This document shows positions 13,408 to 24,975 of a DNA stretch of 64,000 nucleotides, one piece after another. The stretch's first letter is position 1. Each line of letters starts with the position of its first letter. The notes under the pieces were generated by a model. It saw nothing but the letters and a program-made list of their open reading frames with translations. It did not search any database and had not been told where the DNA came from. Position numbers and translations under genes: made by a program. Origin of the DNA: Octopus sinensis (taxonomy: Eukaryota); NCBI RefSeq assembly GCF_006345805.1, contig NC_043022.1:16616001-16680000 (forward strand), read 5' to 3'.

Positions 13408-14062
13408 CAAGTCTCAATGAATGGCTAATATATTGGTTTCTTCCTGATTTGGCACAAGATAAATATTCTTTGTTGGTGGGAGTCAAATCTCTAGATTGAA
13501 TTAACCCAAGTAAATTCCTGATATTATTTTATTGACTGACACAGAACAAAGTTCAGACTAAGTGCTATTTGAACTGCAAACATTGAGGAGGGACAAAATT
13601 AAATAGCATCAGACCTTTAGCTTCTCACTCTGCTATTCCAAGTTCCAATCGGATTCAGAAATTGTTACTATTAGCAAGAAATATGTCTAGCAATAGTAAT
13701 TAATATAGTTAATTACTTATTAGTTAATGAATCATATAAGCAGGTATACATTCATGTATTTAGTTTATTTTAAAATTAATTAGTTATCTTTTATCGTTAA
13801 TCTTTTACTGGTTTAGAGTTATTAGACTGCGGCCATGTTGGAGCACCATCTTGGAGAATTTTTAGTCGAATGAATTGGTCCCAGGACTTGTTTTTTTTTT
13901 TAAGCCTGATACTTATTCCATCAGTCTCTTATGCCAAACTGCTAAGTTATGGGGATGTAAACACACCAATACCAGTTGTCAAGCAATGGTGAGGAACAAA
14001 CGCCACACACACACACACACACGTATATATATATATATATATATATATATACCGGAGTAAAC

Positions 14063-14114
14063 ACAAAAACTGTCTGATGAACGGCAACGCGAAACTCAGA
14101 GTAACAGGTTTTGT
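14063..14114 (+). ncRNA. Minimal type I hammerhead ribozyme
   Basis: Stem I 14063-14073 pairs with 14104-14114 (10 of 11 pairs). Core CTGATGA at 14074-14080. Stem II A.C/C-G/G-C with a GCAA loop. GAAAC, then a minimal near-palindromic stem III (ACTCAGAGT), then a GUA cleavage triplet. Confidence 0.8.
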
Positions 14115-14499
14115 TGAATTTTCTGCTGCTTTAAATAAAGTATATATATATATATATATATATATTGATAAAACGGTAAGATAACAAAAGAAAGAAAGAG
14201 ACCTCAAATTATGTAAATAGAGGAAATTTATCTATACAATATGTTACATTACTCGGTAGTCAAGATAAAACTCTGAGTTTCAGATGCCGAAGTGGAAATC
14301 CACAACACCATCTCTTCGGTTATCTGGCTATTTGAAAACGTTATGAAAAAATACCGTTAAAAATGAAGGGAAATTACTCTGTTATAACTCTGCTTTGCCT
14401 GCGTACTTATACATCGCTCGCATTTTTCGTCATAAAAATTATATAAAAATACATAAAAATATATAAAATCTTCTTGGGACATAACACAGAAAGCATGTT

Positions 14500-15901
14500 C
14501 TATCCGTTTTCTTTAGGGGACCAAAAACGTAACAGAATTTAGTCACATGTGGGCATGATCCGAAAAGCTCTGTCCTTGTATTTAGACATGTGGTAGGGTC
14601 TAAGCTGCTTTTCCAGATAAGCCATCTCTCCATGTCGCATAAACCGCACCTTCCGCTGCCGTTAGTATAGGGCTTACATCTGGCCAAAATCTTCCATTGT
14701 ATGTTATAATCGACACCTTTATCTCTTAAAGACCAATATGATTGGATAATTGTGTCGCTTTTCTTTTGTTCCAGTGCCTAAAGCTCAAAGTGTGGTTATT
14801 GAACCTGGCCTTGAAATTACCCTCTGTCAGGCCCACGTATTTCTTCGTCGAAACGGTGTCTTTAGTGGTTATAGAGTTTACGGTAGCTTCATATATGATG
14901 GTCTTGGACATGCAAGCTCCATTTAGCGGGCACAATTCTTTATTCCTGCATGAACAGCTGTTTTCTTCTTGTGTTTTTGTATGTTATGATTGATTAGTTT
15001 CTAAAATTGGTAGTTGAACTAAAACTAATTTTTAAATTGTGTCTATTAAAGAGTTTCCTATAAGCATGGTTAACTGGAAAATGTCTATCTATCAGTGCTA
15101 GGAAATATTTACCTATATTGAAGGCCACCTCGGGTGAGTAAGGGGGCGTAAACCAGATGACCTTCCTATTTCTATTATTCCTTTCCTTATTGTTGGGCTG
15201 GTGATAGGTGTATATTTTATTTTTTCGCTAAAACCACTATCTTTTAAAGCTTTATTATAAACTGGGGCAACGCTATTGAAGATGTCCTCATTAGATGAGA
15301 GGCTAGAAATCCTCTTACTAATATTTTTAACTAAATTTTTGAATACTATAGGGGGATGGCATGAACCTACATTAATATAACTTAGTCTATCATTGGGCTT
15401 CCTATAAGGCTTATAAATATTATTATTAAGATCTAAGGAAACGTCTAAGAAATTGACAACCGTCAGGTTAGTGTCTATAGTTATACTAAGTCCGAAGTGT
15501 TTCATTAACTGGATAATATCCTTCCTAAAACGATCTTGTGCTGGTCCATTTGTATTAGCTGTTAAGGCGAGGGCATCATCTTTGTAGATGGCGAAATGTA
15601 CGTTAGGGAATGTCTTACCGAAGGTATCTAGGAGAAAGAGTCCAATTAGATCACAGATGCCTGCCCCATCATATGAACCCATGCTCACATCGAAAGCGCC
15701 CTCCGTGTCGGTGTTTTTTACCCACTTTGCATTCTCACTGAAAAGTAATGTCTTTCTAGCATGGAAGATTATATCCTTATCATTGGTACTAATTTCTATG
15801 AAGTCACTAGCGAAGATTAGGGCTTTATCTAGCAGTTCTTTAGAGATAGAGGCATAAAAATCAACAATATCGAATTGTGTAAACCTCGCTTTTTTCTTAT
15901 T
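14500..15901 (-). pseudogene. PLE ORF remnant: reverse transcriptase + thumb + linker + GIY-YIG endonuclease, with frameshifts
   Basis: RT motifs FDIVDFY (15854-15874), MGSYDGA, YKDD (15575-15586) and NFLD. These are followed by HPP, IWFTPPY, CSC..CPLNGAC, IIYEA..YVGLTEGNFKARFNNH, CGLC and LNTRTELFGSCPH. Frameshifts occur near 15170, 15000, 14737 and 14535. Confidence 0.92.
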
Positions 15902-15904
15902 TCA

Positions 15905-16524
15905 AGGGTAATTTCAAGGCCAGGTTCAATAACCACACTTTGAGCTTTAGGCACTGGAACAAAAGAAAAGCGACACAATTATCCAATCATATTTGGTCTT
16001 TAAGAGATAAAGGTGTCGATTATAACATACAATGGAAGATTTTGGCCAGATGTAAGCCCTATACTAACGGCAGCGGAAGGTGCGGTTTATGCGACATGGA
16101 GAGATGGCTTATCTGGAAAAGCAGCTTAGACCCTACCACATGTCTAAATACAAGGACAGAGCTTTTCGGATCATGCCCACATGTGACTAAATTTCTGTTA
16201 CGTTTTTGGTCCCCTAAAGAAAACGGATAGAACATGCTTTCTGTGTTATGTCCCAAGAAGATTTTATATATTTTTATATATTTTTTTATATATTTTTATG
16301 TATTTTTTATATAATTTTTATGACGAAAAATGCGAGCGATGTATAAAAACGCAGGCAAAGCAGAGTTATAACAGAGTAATTTCCCTTCATTTTTAACGGT
16401 ATTTTTTCATAACGTTTTCAAATAGCCAGATAACCGAAGAGATGGTGTTGTGGATTTCCACTTCGGCATCTGAAACTCAGAGTTTTATCTTGACTACCGA
16501 GTAATGTAACATATTGTATAGATA
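15905..16524 (+). repeat. Inverted duplicate of the PLE endonuclease C-terminus and 3' terminal segment
   Basis: Reverse complement of 14229-14823. Encodes ...RHWNKRKATQLSNHIWSLRDK...CPHVTKFLLRFWSPKENG* without the two 1-nt deletions seen in the other arm. Confidence 0.95.
16428..16490 (+). ncRNA. Variant hammerhead-like motif in the PLE 3' terminus (also at ~14262-14325 on -, ~35128-35188 on +, ~35038-35098 on -)
   Basis: Stem I AGATAA/TTATCT, core CCGAAGA, stem II GATG...CATC plus an extra U, GAAAC-TCAGA-GT, GUU triplet. The 35-kb minus copy has the canonical CTGAAGA. Confidence 0.6.
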
Positions 16525-16739
16525 TATATATATATATAATATATATACATATACACACAACAGGCTTGTTTCAGTTTCTGTCTACCAAATCCACTGACAA
16601 GGCTTTGGTCAGCCTGAGGCTATAGTAGAAGACACCTACCCAAGGTGCCACACAGTGGGACTGAACCTGGAACTGTGTTGTTGGGAAGCAAACTTCTTAC
16701 CACAACTAATTAAGATGAATGGTTACTGGGATTATTCAG

Positions 16740-17170
16740 GAACTTTCACAGACTCATAAGACTGATGCAGTTGATGTTCAGTCAGAACTTGTGCCGGGAG
16801 TTGAGATCTGCTGAGGAGAAACGAATGTGGATGAATTGATGAGACTGTGTGGACAAAATGTCATTGAGTGCAAAGGATGTTGATGAGGGTTTCTTTGCCC
16901 ATCGGTTGGCATTTTTCTGAATGTTGTCCGAAATCTTAGCAGTACTCAGGGGTGGGGTTTTGTTGAGTTTTAAAGAGGATAAAACTCTGAGTAAGAACCG
17001 AAGTATTTCCTGACACCAAACAGCTTTCCCAATGTTATGCATCAGGCATGTCAAAGTTGTTCCCATTTGCAGCCAGGCATACTGAGGCAAGGAGGCTTGC
17101 TCTTTTGGCTCTGTTTGAACCTAGGCCCCACTTCTTTGATATAAAGTTGTCCTTAATATATAATAGAAAC
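16740..17170 (-). mobile_element. Heavily degraded LINE RT fragment (possibly CR1/Jockey group)
   Basis: Weak protein-level resemblance (..LNDILS....IH...) in the 16782-17090 minus ORF. No intact catalytic motif. Confidence 0.3.
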
Positions 17171-17453
17171 AGTTTTTATAAATATCATTGCAGAGATGAA
17201 TATCAGATGAGAGTAGAGTTATGTTTTAATAATTACAAACACAAAAAAAAGGAGAAAAAAGTTGCTTTTATTTCATCAGAAACCATTTTTTTTAACTTTA
17301 ATTTATTTATGATTTTTTTTTTTTTGTAAAATGAAAACAAACAAAAACATTTTTTTTGATGGATGCAAATTAATTAGAATTTATTTACACAAATGTGAAA
17401 CATTGACAGAAATCTAGTGTTTCTTTACTTTTTTCCTTTTCTTTTTTTTTTTT

Positions 17454-18856
17454 GTGTCTTCTTAATGTTATTTCAACAAATGGAAGGAAATAAGCAAGTA
17501 TTACAAGACTATCAGTTCCTGCCAGTGTCTCTGACGATTCTGTAGAAATCAGACTGCCAAGAACCTGTAGCTTTCTATTGATTACATTTACAGATTCTAA
17601 GAAATGTTCACTGAAGCTTGCACACTATCTCCTTCTCTCTCTCTCTCTCTCTCTTTCCTTCTCTCTATCTATCTCTCTCCTTTTCTTTCTCTAACTCACC
17701 TTAATTCTTTCTCTCTCATTTTCCATCTCTCCCCCCACCTCTTTTGTTTTATTACTTCTTAATACCACCCGCCCACCCATTCCTCACCTGCCACTCCACA
17801 CACACTTTTGTTTTTGTTTTGTCTTGTTTCCACCCATTAAACTTGGAAACTAGTTATGGCATTATTTAATTGATTCAGCAATGCAAGGTGGCTGGTAGGG
17901 TTTTTTTCCTTTTTTTTTTTTTTTGTGTCTTCTTAATGTTATTTCAACAAATGGAAGGAAATAAGCAAGTATTACAAGACTATCAGTTCCTGCCAGTGTC
18001 TCTGACGATTCTGTAGAAATCAGACTGCCAAGAACCTGTAGCTTTCTATTGATTACATTTACAGATTCTAAGAAATGTTCACTGAAGCTTGCACACTATC
18101 TCCTTCTCTCTCTCTCTCTCTCTCTTTCCTTCTCTCTATCTATCTCTCTCCTTTTCTTTCTCTAACTCACCTTAATTCTTTCTCTCTCATTTTCCATCTC
18201 TCCCCCCACCTCTTTTGTTTTATTACTTCTTAATACCACCCGCCCACCCATTCCTCACCTGCCACTCCACACACACTTTTGTTTTTGTTTTGTCTTGTTT
18301 CCACCCATTAAACTTGGAAACTAGTTATGGCATTATTTAATTGATTCAGCAATGCAAGGTGGCTGGTAGGGTTTTTTTCCTTTTTTTTTTTTTTTGTGTC
18401 TTCTTAATGTTATTTCAACAAATGGAAGGAAATAAGCAAGTATTACAAGACTATCAGTTCCTGCCAGTGTCTCTGACGATTCTGTAGAAATCAGACTGCC
18501 AAGAACCTGTAGCTTTCTATTGATTACATTTACAGATTCTAAGAAATGTTCACTGAAGCTTGCACACTATCTCCTTCTCTCTCTCTCTCTCTCTTTCCTT
18601 CTCTCTATCTATCTCTCTCCTTTTCTTTCTCTAACTCACCTTAATTCTTTCTCTCTCATTTTCCATCTCTCCCCCCACCTCTTTTGTTTTATTACTTCTT
18701 AATACCACCCGCCCACCCATTCCTCACCTGCCACTCCACACACACTTTTGTTTTTGTTTTGTCTGTTTCCACCCATTAAACTTGGAAACTAGTTATGGCA
18801 TTATTTAATTGATTCAGCAATGCAAGGTGGCTGGTAGGGTTTTTTTCCTTTTTTTT
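17454..18856. repeat. Tandem triplication of a 471-bp unit (17454-17924, 17925-18395, 18396-18856)
   Basis: Copies 1 and 2 appear identical. Copy 3 differs by a 2-nt shorter (CT)n, a 1-nt deletion and a shorter terminal poly-T. Confidence 0.97.
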
Positions 18857-19299
18857 AATATTTTATTCATTTCATTTTTAAAAATATACATTTATTTGTT
18901 TGCTTATTTATTTATTTATTAATTCGTTCGTTCCTTTGTTGGTTCGGTGCTGAATCTTCAGGAAATGAGCAAAAAGTTTTCATGAAAGGTTTAAGGTTTG
19001 CTAAACAAATTGATTCAATTTATGAAAGACAAAAGTAATTTGCTGAGCAAAGTTGTGACATGTTCAGCTCGAATTAAATCAAAGTCTGTGACTAAAACCA
19101 AGAATTAAAATTTTGTGGGAGAAAAAAAAACAAAAAAACAAACTGGAACCAAAATAGGTTTGAAGGTTTCTTGTGTTCTGTTGAACCTTTTCAAACTATT
19201 GTTTCTATGTTCGTCTCACCAAGTAGTCAAAAAAGGAACAAAATCTGTTTTCTTAACTCAGTAACATCCAGAATATATTCTACACAAAATGAAACATTG

Positions 19300-19775
19300 A
19301 TAATAATAATAATAATTAATGCCCTGATGCAGTACCAGGCAGTGGCTCTCGTGGCTTCTGATCTTAACTGATTGGAAGTGTTATCATGTACATTGTTTTG
19401 TCTTGGTATAAAAGATGGGCTACAGCAAATATTCTGCTCAATACCACAGATTTGCTTGTCAGTTGTTTGACCATAACCAGTTGACCATGTCCCTTAGTGG
19501 CTGACAATACGTGCATCTCTGATCACGAGCAGAAGTAGTGGGGGAGCATCATAGCTTTATGTTGGGAGGAATTCTTTGGGATTTGGATAAGTCACCTCTG
19601 GAAACATGAGTGCTTCATTCAACAACCTTAAATAACCCTTATTCAGGGACCTTTTGAGTGGGATGGGTTACTTGACCAGAAGAAAATTCTAACTGGACCC
19701 CACCTGCAAGGTCATGCGCTGTTTATCTGGATATGAGATCACCATGTCGCGCACATGTATGTTACTAGAAAGGAT
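19300..19775 (-). mobile_element. LINE 3' end with (TTA)n tail (recurrent octopus repeat)
   Basis: More GC-rich complex sequence abutting an (AAT)n tail. Recognised from memory as a common Octopus repeat; clade not assigned. Confidence 0.5.
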
Positions 19776-19794
19776 CATTACATACCTCACAAAA

Positions 19795-20026
19795 TACCAG
19801 TAATATCTTTTATATTTTACTGGTTTCAGCCATTAGACTGTGGCTGTGCTGGGGCACTGCCTTGAAGAATTTTAGTCAAATGAATCGACCCCAGGACTTT
19901 AGACTTTTTTTTCTTCTTTAAAGCCTGGTACTTATTCTATTGGTTTCTTTTGCTGAACTGCTAAGTTATGGGACATAAACACATCAACACCATTTGTCAG
20001 GCAGTGGTGCGAGACAGACAGACAGA

Positions 20027-20059
<33 letters not shown>

Positions 20060-20245
20060 ACATACACACACGCACTCACATGCATATACAACAGGCTTCT
20101 TACAGTTTCCATCAACTAAATCCACCCATAAGGCTTTGATTGACCCAAAGTTATAATAGTAGACACTTGCCAAAAGTACCACACAGTGGGACTGAACCTA
20201 GAACCATGTTGTTGGGCAGTAAACTTCTTACCACACAGCCACACC
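19795..20245 (-). mobile_element. SINE family A
   Basis: Reverse-complement similarity to 60501-60891, including the internal (CA)n. Confidence 0.85.
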
Positions 20246-20472
20246 TTCATCTATTGTGGAGGTTTCAATCCTACTTCATACAGTTTACAAAATCAAGTTT
20301 TATATTTGTAAATTGGGAAAAATAAAAAAAATAAAAGTAAGGGAAACTGTGAATCACACAACATCAACTGAATAATTGATATTTGCCATGTCCACCTGCC
20401 ATGAATAATGGTTATGGAGTTATGTAACGATAAGGATGGGTGGAGGGGGGAGGGTCAGATGCTGGGGAGGGG

Positions 20473-20507
<35 letters not shown>

Positions 20508-21068
20508 CCATGGTGGTTGCAAACAAAGAGCTAGTTCGTTAATAATGCTGATATGATTGGTTTACACACAAATATATTTAAGCTCACACACACACACACA
20601 CACACACATATAAACATATAAAGATATGCAAGCATGTCTACAAACACCACAGACACATGAGGACACTCACACATGCTTATATACAGACGCATGAATATAT
20701 GCAAATACATACACATGCCTACATCTATGAATCACACACACACACACACATATATATATATACATACACACACATACACACACACACATGTGTGAACACT
20801 TGTACACACATGTACACACTTATATATGTACAAACACACACACCGATATATGTACAAACAAACAGGCATACATACATACATACATACACACACATGTCTA
20901 CAAACATACTCTCACATACATATACACATGCACACATGCATGTGTACTAACACATGTACACATACAAACACATCTACGTGCACACATCTAAAGCACACAT
21001 ATTTACAAACACATCCACAAATACAGACACTCCCTCCTACACAAACACACATCTACGGACACACTGAC

Positions 21069-21147
21069 ATGGACGCACGGCAATCAATGCTAGAACATGC
21101 CAAAACCAATTCCAAGAGCAACATCCCAATCACATTGCCACAGAAGA
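21069..21147 (+). CDS. Candidate first coding exon of CAMTA (MDARQSMLEHAKTNSKSNIPITLPQK + A, phase 1)
   Basis: ATG in gacATGG context. The donor AGA|gtaaat is phase 1, compatible with the exon at 25877. CpG-rich surroundings. The donor is only moderate and no homology is recognised. Confidence 0.3.
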
Positions 21148-21621
21148 GTAAATGAAACTGACCGCCACTAAGTATCCCACGTTAAATATAGTCCAGATCA
21201 AAGTAACAATTGATAATGACCACCACCACCGCCGCCGCCATCCACCCCGTCCTCTCCCCACCCACCTGATCGGACAAATTGAGCTGACATAGCAGTGAAG
21301 TTATTCAGACCGAAAGCCAGACAGGGATTAAATGTTGATACAATATCTCTTACTGGCTCAGTCAAGTGTTATGATTCGAGGGTGGGAGTTTTGGAGATGT
21401 GGAGAGCTAATGACCAAACTAATATTGGGAATAAAATAACATCATTAGGAGTTTTAGCAAACTCTTCATTTGAAAAAAAAAAAAAAGGAAAAAAAAAGAA
21501 AAGGAAGAGACTGAGATTTGGACAGGCTCTGAATGAGTGAAGGAGAGAAACTTGTTTAAGATTAATTTGCTAATAGCGTATAATAGCATTATCTGTTTTG
21601 TCATCGGAAATTCTGTGTTTG

Positions 21622-21739
21622 ATGCGGGGTTTAAGTATCCTTCGTCTGATGAGCCGTGCAATACTGACGGATGGAATATCAGCATCCTCTGTGCCCCCAC
21701 CCCCACCTCCACAGCGACCGATGCCATCAGAGACTACAA
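21622..21739 (+). CDS. Alternative candidate first coding exon of CAMTA (MRGLSILRLMSRAILTDGISASSVPPPPPPQRPMPSETT + A, phase 1)
   Basis: GC/CpG-rich open frame with a weak phase-1 donor ACA A|gtactt. It reads through to a stop at 21745-21747 if unspliced. Confidence 0.22.
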
Positions 21740-21859
21740 GTACTTAGGTCCATTTAATAATCATCATTATCATCGTTATAATAAATGTTGTGGTCATCAG
21801 TGTACTCATCACCATGTGCGATCACACTAAGCAGATGTTCTAGGAATGGGTCTTTTATA

Positions 21860-22260
21860 ATTTACTTGTTTCAGTCATTTGACTGTGGCCATGCTGGGGC
21901 ACTACCTTGAAGGATTCTAATCAAACAAATTAATTCCAGTAGTTATTTTTTTTAAAAACTGGTACTTATTCTATTAATCTCGTTTGCTGATCCACTAAGT
22001 TACATGGACAGAAACACACAAACACCAGTTGTCAAGCAGTGGTGGGAGACAACATACACTAACACACACACACACACACACACATACACACACACACACA
22101 AACATAACAGGTTTCTTTCAGTTTCCTTCTGCCAAATCAACTCAAGACTTTGGTTGGCCCAGAGTTATACCAGAAGACACCTGCCCAAGGTGCCACACAG
22201 TGGGACTGAACCCAGAACCATGTGGTTGGGAAGCCAACCTCTTACCACACTGCCACACCT
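21860..22260 (-). mobile_element. SINE family A
   Basis: Reverse-complement similarity to 60501-60891. Confidence 0.85.
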
Positions 22261-23690
22261 AAAAACAAAAAGATATTGGGATAATATCCTTAATTCTTGA
22301 ATTAATTACTGATGGAAATATTGAAATCAAACTTAACAAAATTCAGAATTTCTGATTGTTATGGAGAATGTTTAAAGTGTTTGGAATTAGAAGTAGTTGA
22401 TGTTTCAGTGATTAAATGTCTTCATTAAAAACAAGCACCTGCACCATTATGAACGAATCTATAAAGAACATAAACCTAAACAAACCAGCAGAAAGCAGAA
22501 CCGTGTGTCCACTTCAATGTAAACGGTGGATTCTCCATCTTTGCTTATGTGATTTCTAACGATGGCATATTTGACATCTTTGCATATTGAATTTGAATGA
22601 TGGCCACCACAAAGACAACAGTGTTCCAGCGTTTGGTAATTCACATTGTTTTCCTAAGACCATCTGCCATTCCGAAAATCACCCCCCTCCCACCAGATTA
22701 CATTATGATGGATCAGCAAGGAATTTGCATTACTATCGCTATGACAACCATTCTAGTACTTTGGTTGAAGTCAACAACTTTTGGCTGTAATCTTGCATAC
22801 TTTATCCTGGCTTTTTAAATGTTTTATTCAAATCAAATTCTTTGTTTAGTCTAGCATATCAAAATACATAGAGGTACCTTTTACTGTGTGCTCCGCAATG
22901 TATGTGTGGAAGGTGAGTTGCTATCAGCACCTTGAGTCAAATGAAAATGCGTAAGTCAGATGCTATGAGAAATATTTTAATATTTCATTATTTCTAACAA
23001 TACACTCGGTAAAGGCAGAATAAATATGATATTAATATAATTACAATTTAAGCTTTGAATCAACATTCTCAAATCTCACTGTTGTCTTGAAATAACTTTT
23101 TGGGAAAACATCAAAGCTTAAAAAAGAAAAAGGCAAAAAACCATGATATATAAGAAAAAAGATAACAAGAAGATATTTATTTTTGAAGGAAATAAGCTGT
23201 CATCTCTGTGTTTGATGAAGAAAGAATAATTTCTTATTACTACGTCTCTCAATATCTGCTGCCAAATTTGGTGAGGGGCAAGGAGGGGGCGGGTAAGGTT
23301 GGTGGAATTATTCTAAGATATTAATCATGGGTTTTGTTCTTGCAAGTCCTTTTTACTATCCTTTATGGCTTTGCAAAGTCTTTGCTACAATTTCTTTCTT
23401 TGAACAGTGTAGAAGTTAATTTTTTCTCCACTAGTAATCTATAATCGGTTGTGATATGAAATGTGACTAAGCTGACTAATGCTCGGGCTTTTTATTGATC
23501 CATCAAAAAACATCAATCATTGGTTCTCTCTCTCTCTCAAGCCATTCTACCCAGGTTGGCAACAGATAACCATCTCGGAAGATTATTCCAGTGTTTTACA
23601 TGCGGTCAAACACTGCTCATTATCCCCAGCCATCTGGCACATACCAAACTAGAAATAGAATTTAATAGTGCTACTATAGATATTATTATC

Positions 23691-23735
<45 letters not shown>

Positions 23736-24779
23736 ATAGTAATAACTGCTATTTTCTCACAAATCATTTTCAGTACTTTACAGTATTCCAACCTTATCCT
23801 TCCACGAGAATGTCCAGCAAATTTACATCTGAAGTGAAGGCATTGATGCTGATTCGTTTTTATTATACGAAGATATAATTATTGCAAGACTGCAAATGAA
23901 ACACTTCTAATGCTTTTTCATGTCAAAGACTAACGTGAACAATTGAATTACCTGCAAGAGAGAAGCTTTAAAAAAATCATTTACTTAAAAACGTTACCTA
24001 TTTATTACATTGAGAATACAGAAGATATATTTCCAACATGTATTAATCCTCCATGTTCTCTAAAACATGTGTGGCTGGTGTTTTTGCATGTGATAGCCAT
24101 AAACGACAATAGGGAAAAGTTAATGAAGTTGTTGTATCAGTTATTGGCAACGTTGATAGTCTCGTATTACATTAGCGATAATCTATATCAGGGATCAAAC
24201 AGGCCGCACTTCTTTCCCTTCTTCAAAAGTTCCTCTTTTATCCACTCTGGGCAGCAATGAAAGTGTTTGAAATGAGATTAGACACAATTTTGAGAATGCA
24301 ATTAGCCCAACATCATTATTTTTGCAAAAACTTGCAATGATTATAGAGTTTTGAAGTAAGTCGTCGCTTATTTCAGGGTAATAATATCTGAGCAGGAGTC
24401 TCTCTTCAGTCTTTTCAAAGCTAAATTTCTGGACTTAACCTTTATATACTTAGTAAATGTAGAGATACATGTGTGTATATATGTCTATATACATATGTAT
24501 GTATGTATGTAATGTATGTGCAAGTAAAATTATAAAAAAGGAGAGCTTCTAACAGTGTGTAAAGGAAAGTTAAGTAGCCTATAATATATCAAAGTATCTG
24601 ATATTATAGATCCATTTCAGCCGATGTGAAACTGATTGCTCAAATCAGCTGAAATGAATCTATAATACTGTATACTTTGATTTATATACCCACTGTTTTA
24701 ACGAATATACAAGGGCATATTTTTTTCTGGCATGAATTTTTGGACAACTATATATATATATATATATAAAATTATATAT

Positions 24780-24913
24780 AAAAAAATACAAAATGGGACA
24801 AGAACGCAAAAAACACAAAGAGATGACACAAAGAATGGACGGTTCATTCAAAGCCTCTAATCTTCAGTCAGGAACCGGATCATCCTAGCAAATTCCGGCT
24901 GATTAATCCTATC

Positions 24914-24920
<7 letters not shown>
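24780..24920 (-). mobile_element. Possible PLE-type terminal fragment between (TA)n tracts
   Basis: (TA)n on both sides and CTGAAGA on the minus strand at 24861-24867. The rest of the HHR fold is not recoverable. Confidence 0.3.
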
Positions 24921-24971
<51 letters not shown>

Positions 24972-24975
24972 TACA

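Larger units (their letters stand above)
14165..16524 (-). mobile_element. Penelope-like retroelement (PLE), 5'-truncated, with an inverted copy of its 3' part (pseudo-LTR)
   Basis: Minus-strand RT followed by GIY-YIG. Segment 14229-14823 is the reverse complement of 15905-16524. Flanked by (TA)n on both sides. Confidence 0.93.
13795..16705 (-). mobile_element. SINE family A split by the PLE: 3' half 13795-14035, 5' half 16525-16705
   Basis: The two halves are collinear on the minus strand, and the PLE sits in the SINE's internal (TA)/(CA) tract. Confidence 0.85.

Noticed and set aside
17454-18856. CRISPR-like or coding interpretation of the 471-bp triplication
   Set aside because: There is no repeat-spacer structure, the units are contiguous eukaryotic non-coding DNA, and no credible ORF or exon pair is present.
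22587-22818. Signal-peptide-like MDQQGICITIAMTTILVLWLKSTTFG followed by T|gtaatc
   Set aside because: Splicing at that phase-1 donor to 25877 creates an immediate TAA, the other frame is the wrong phase, and CAMTA is not secreted.
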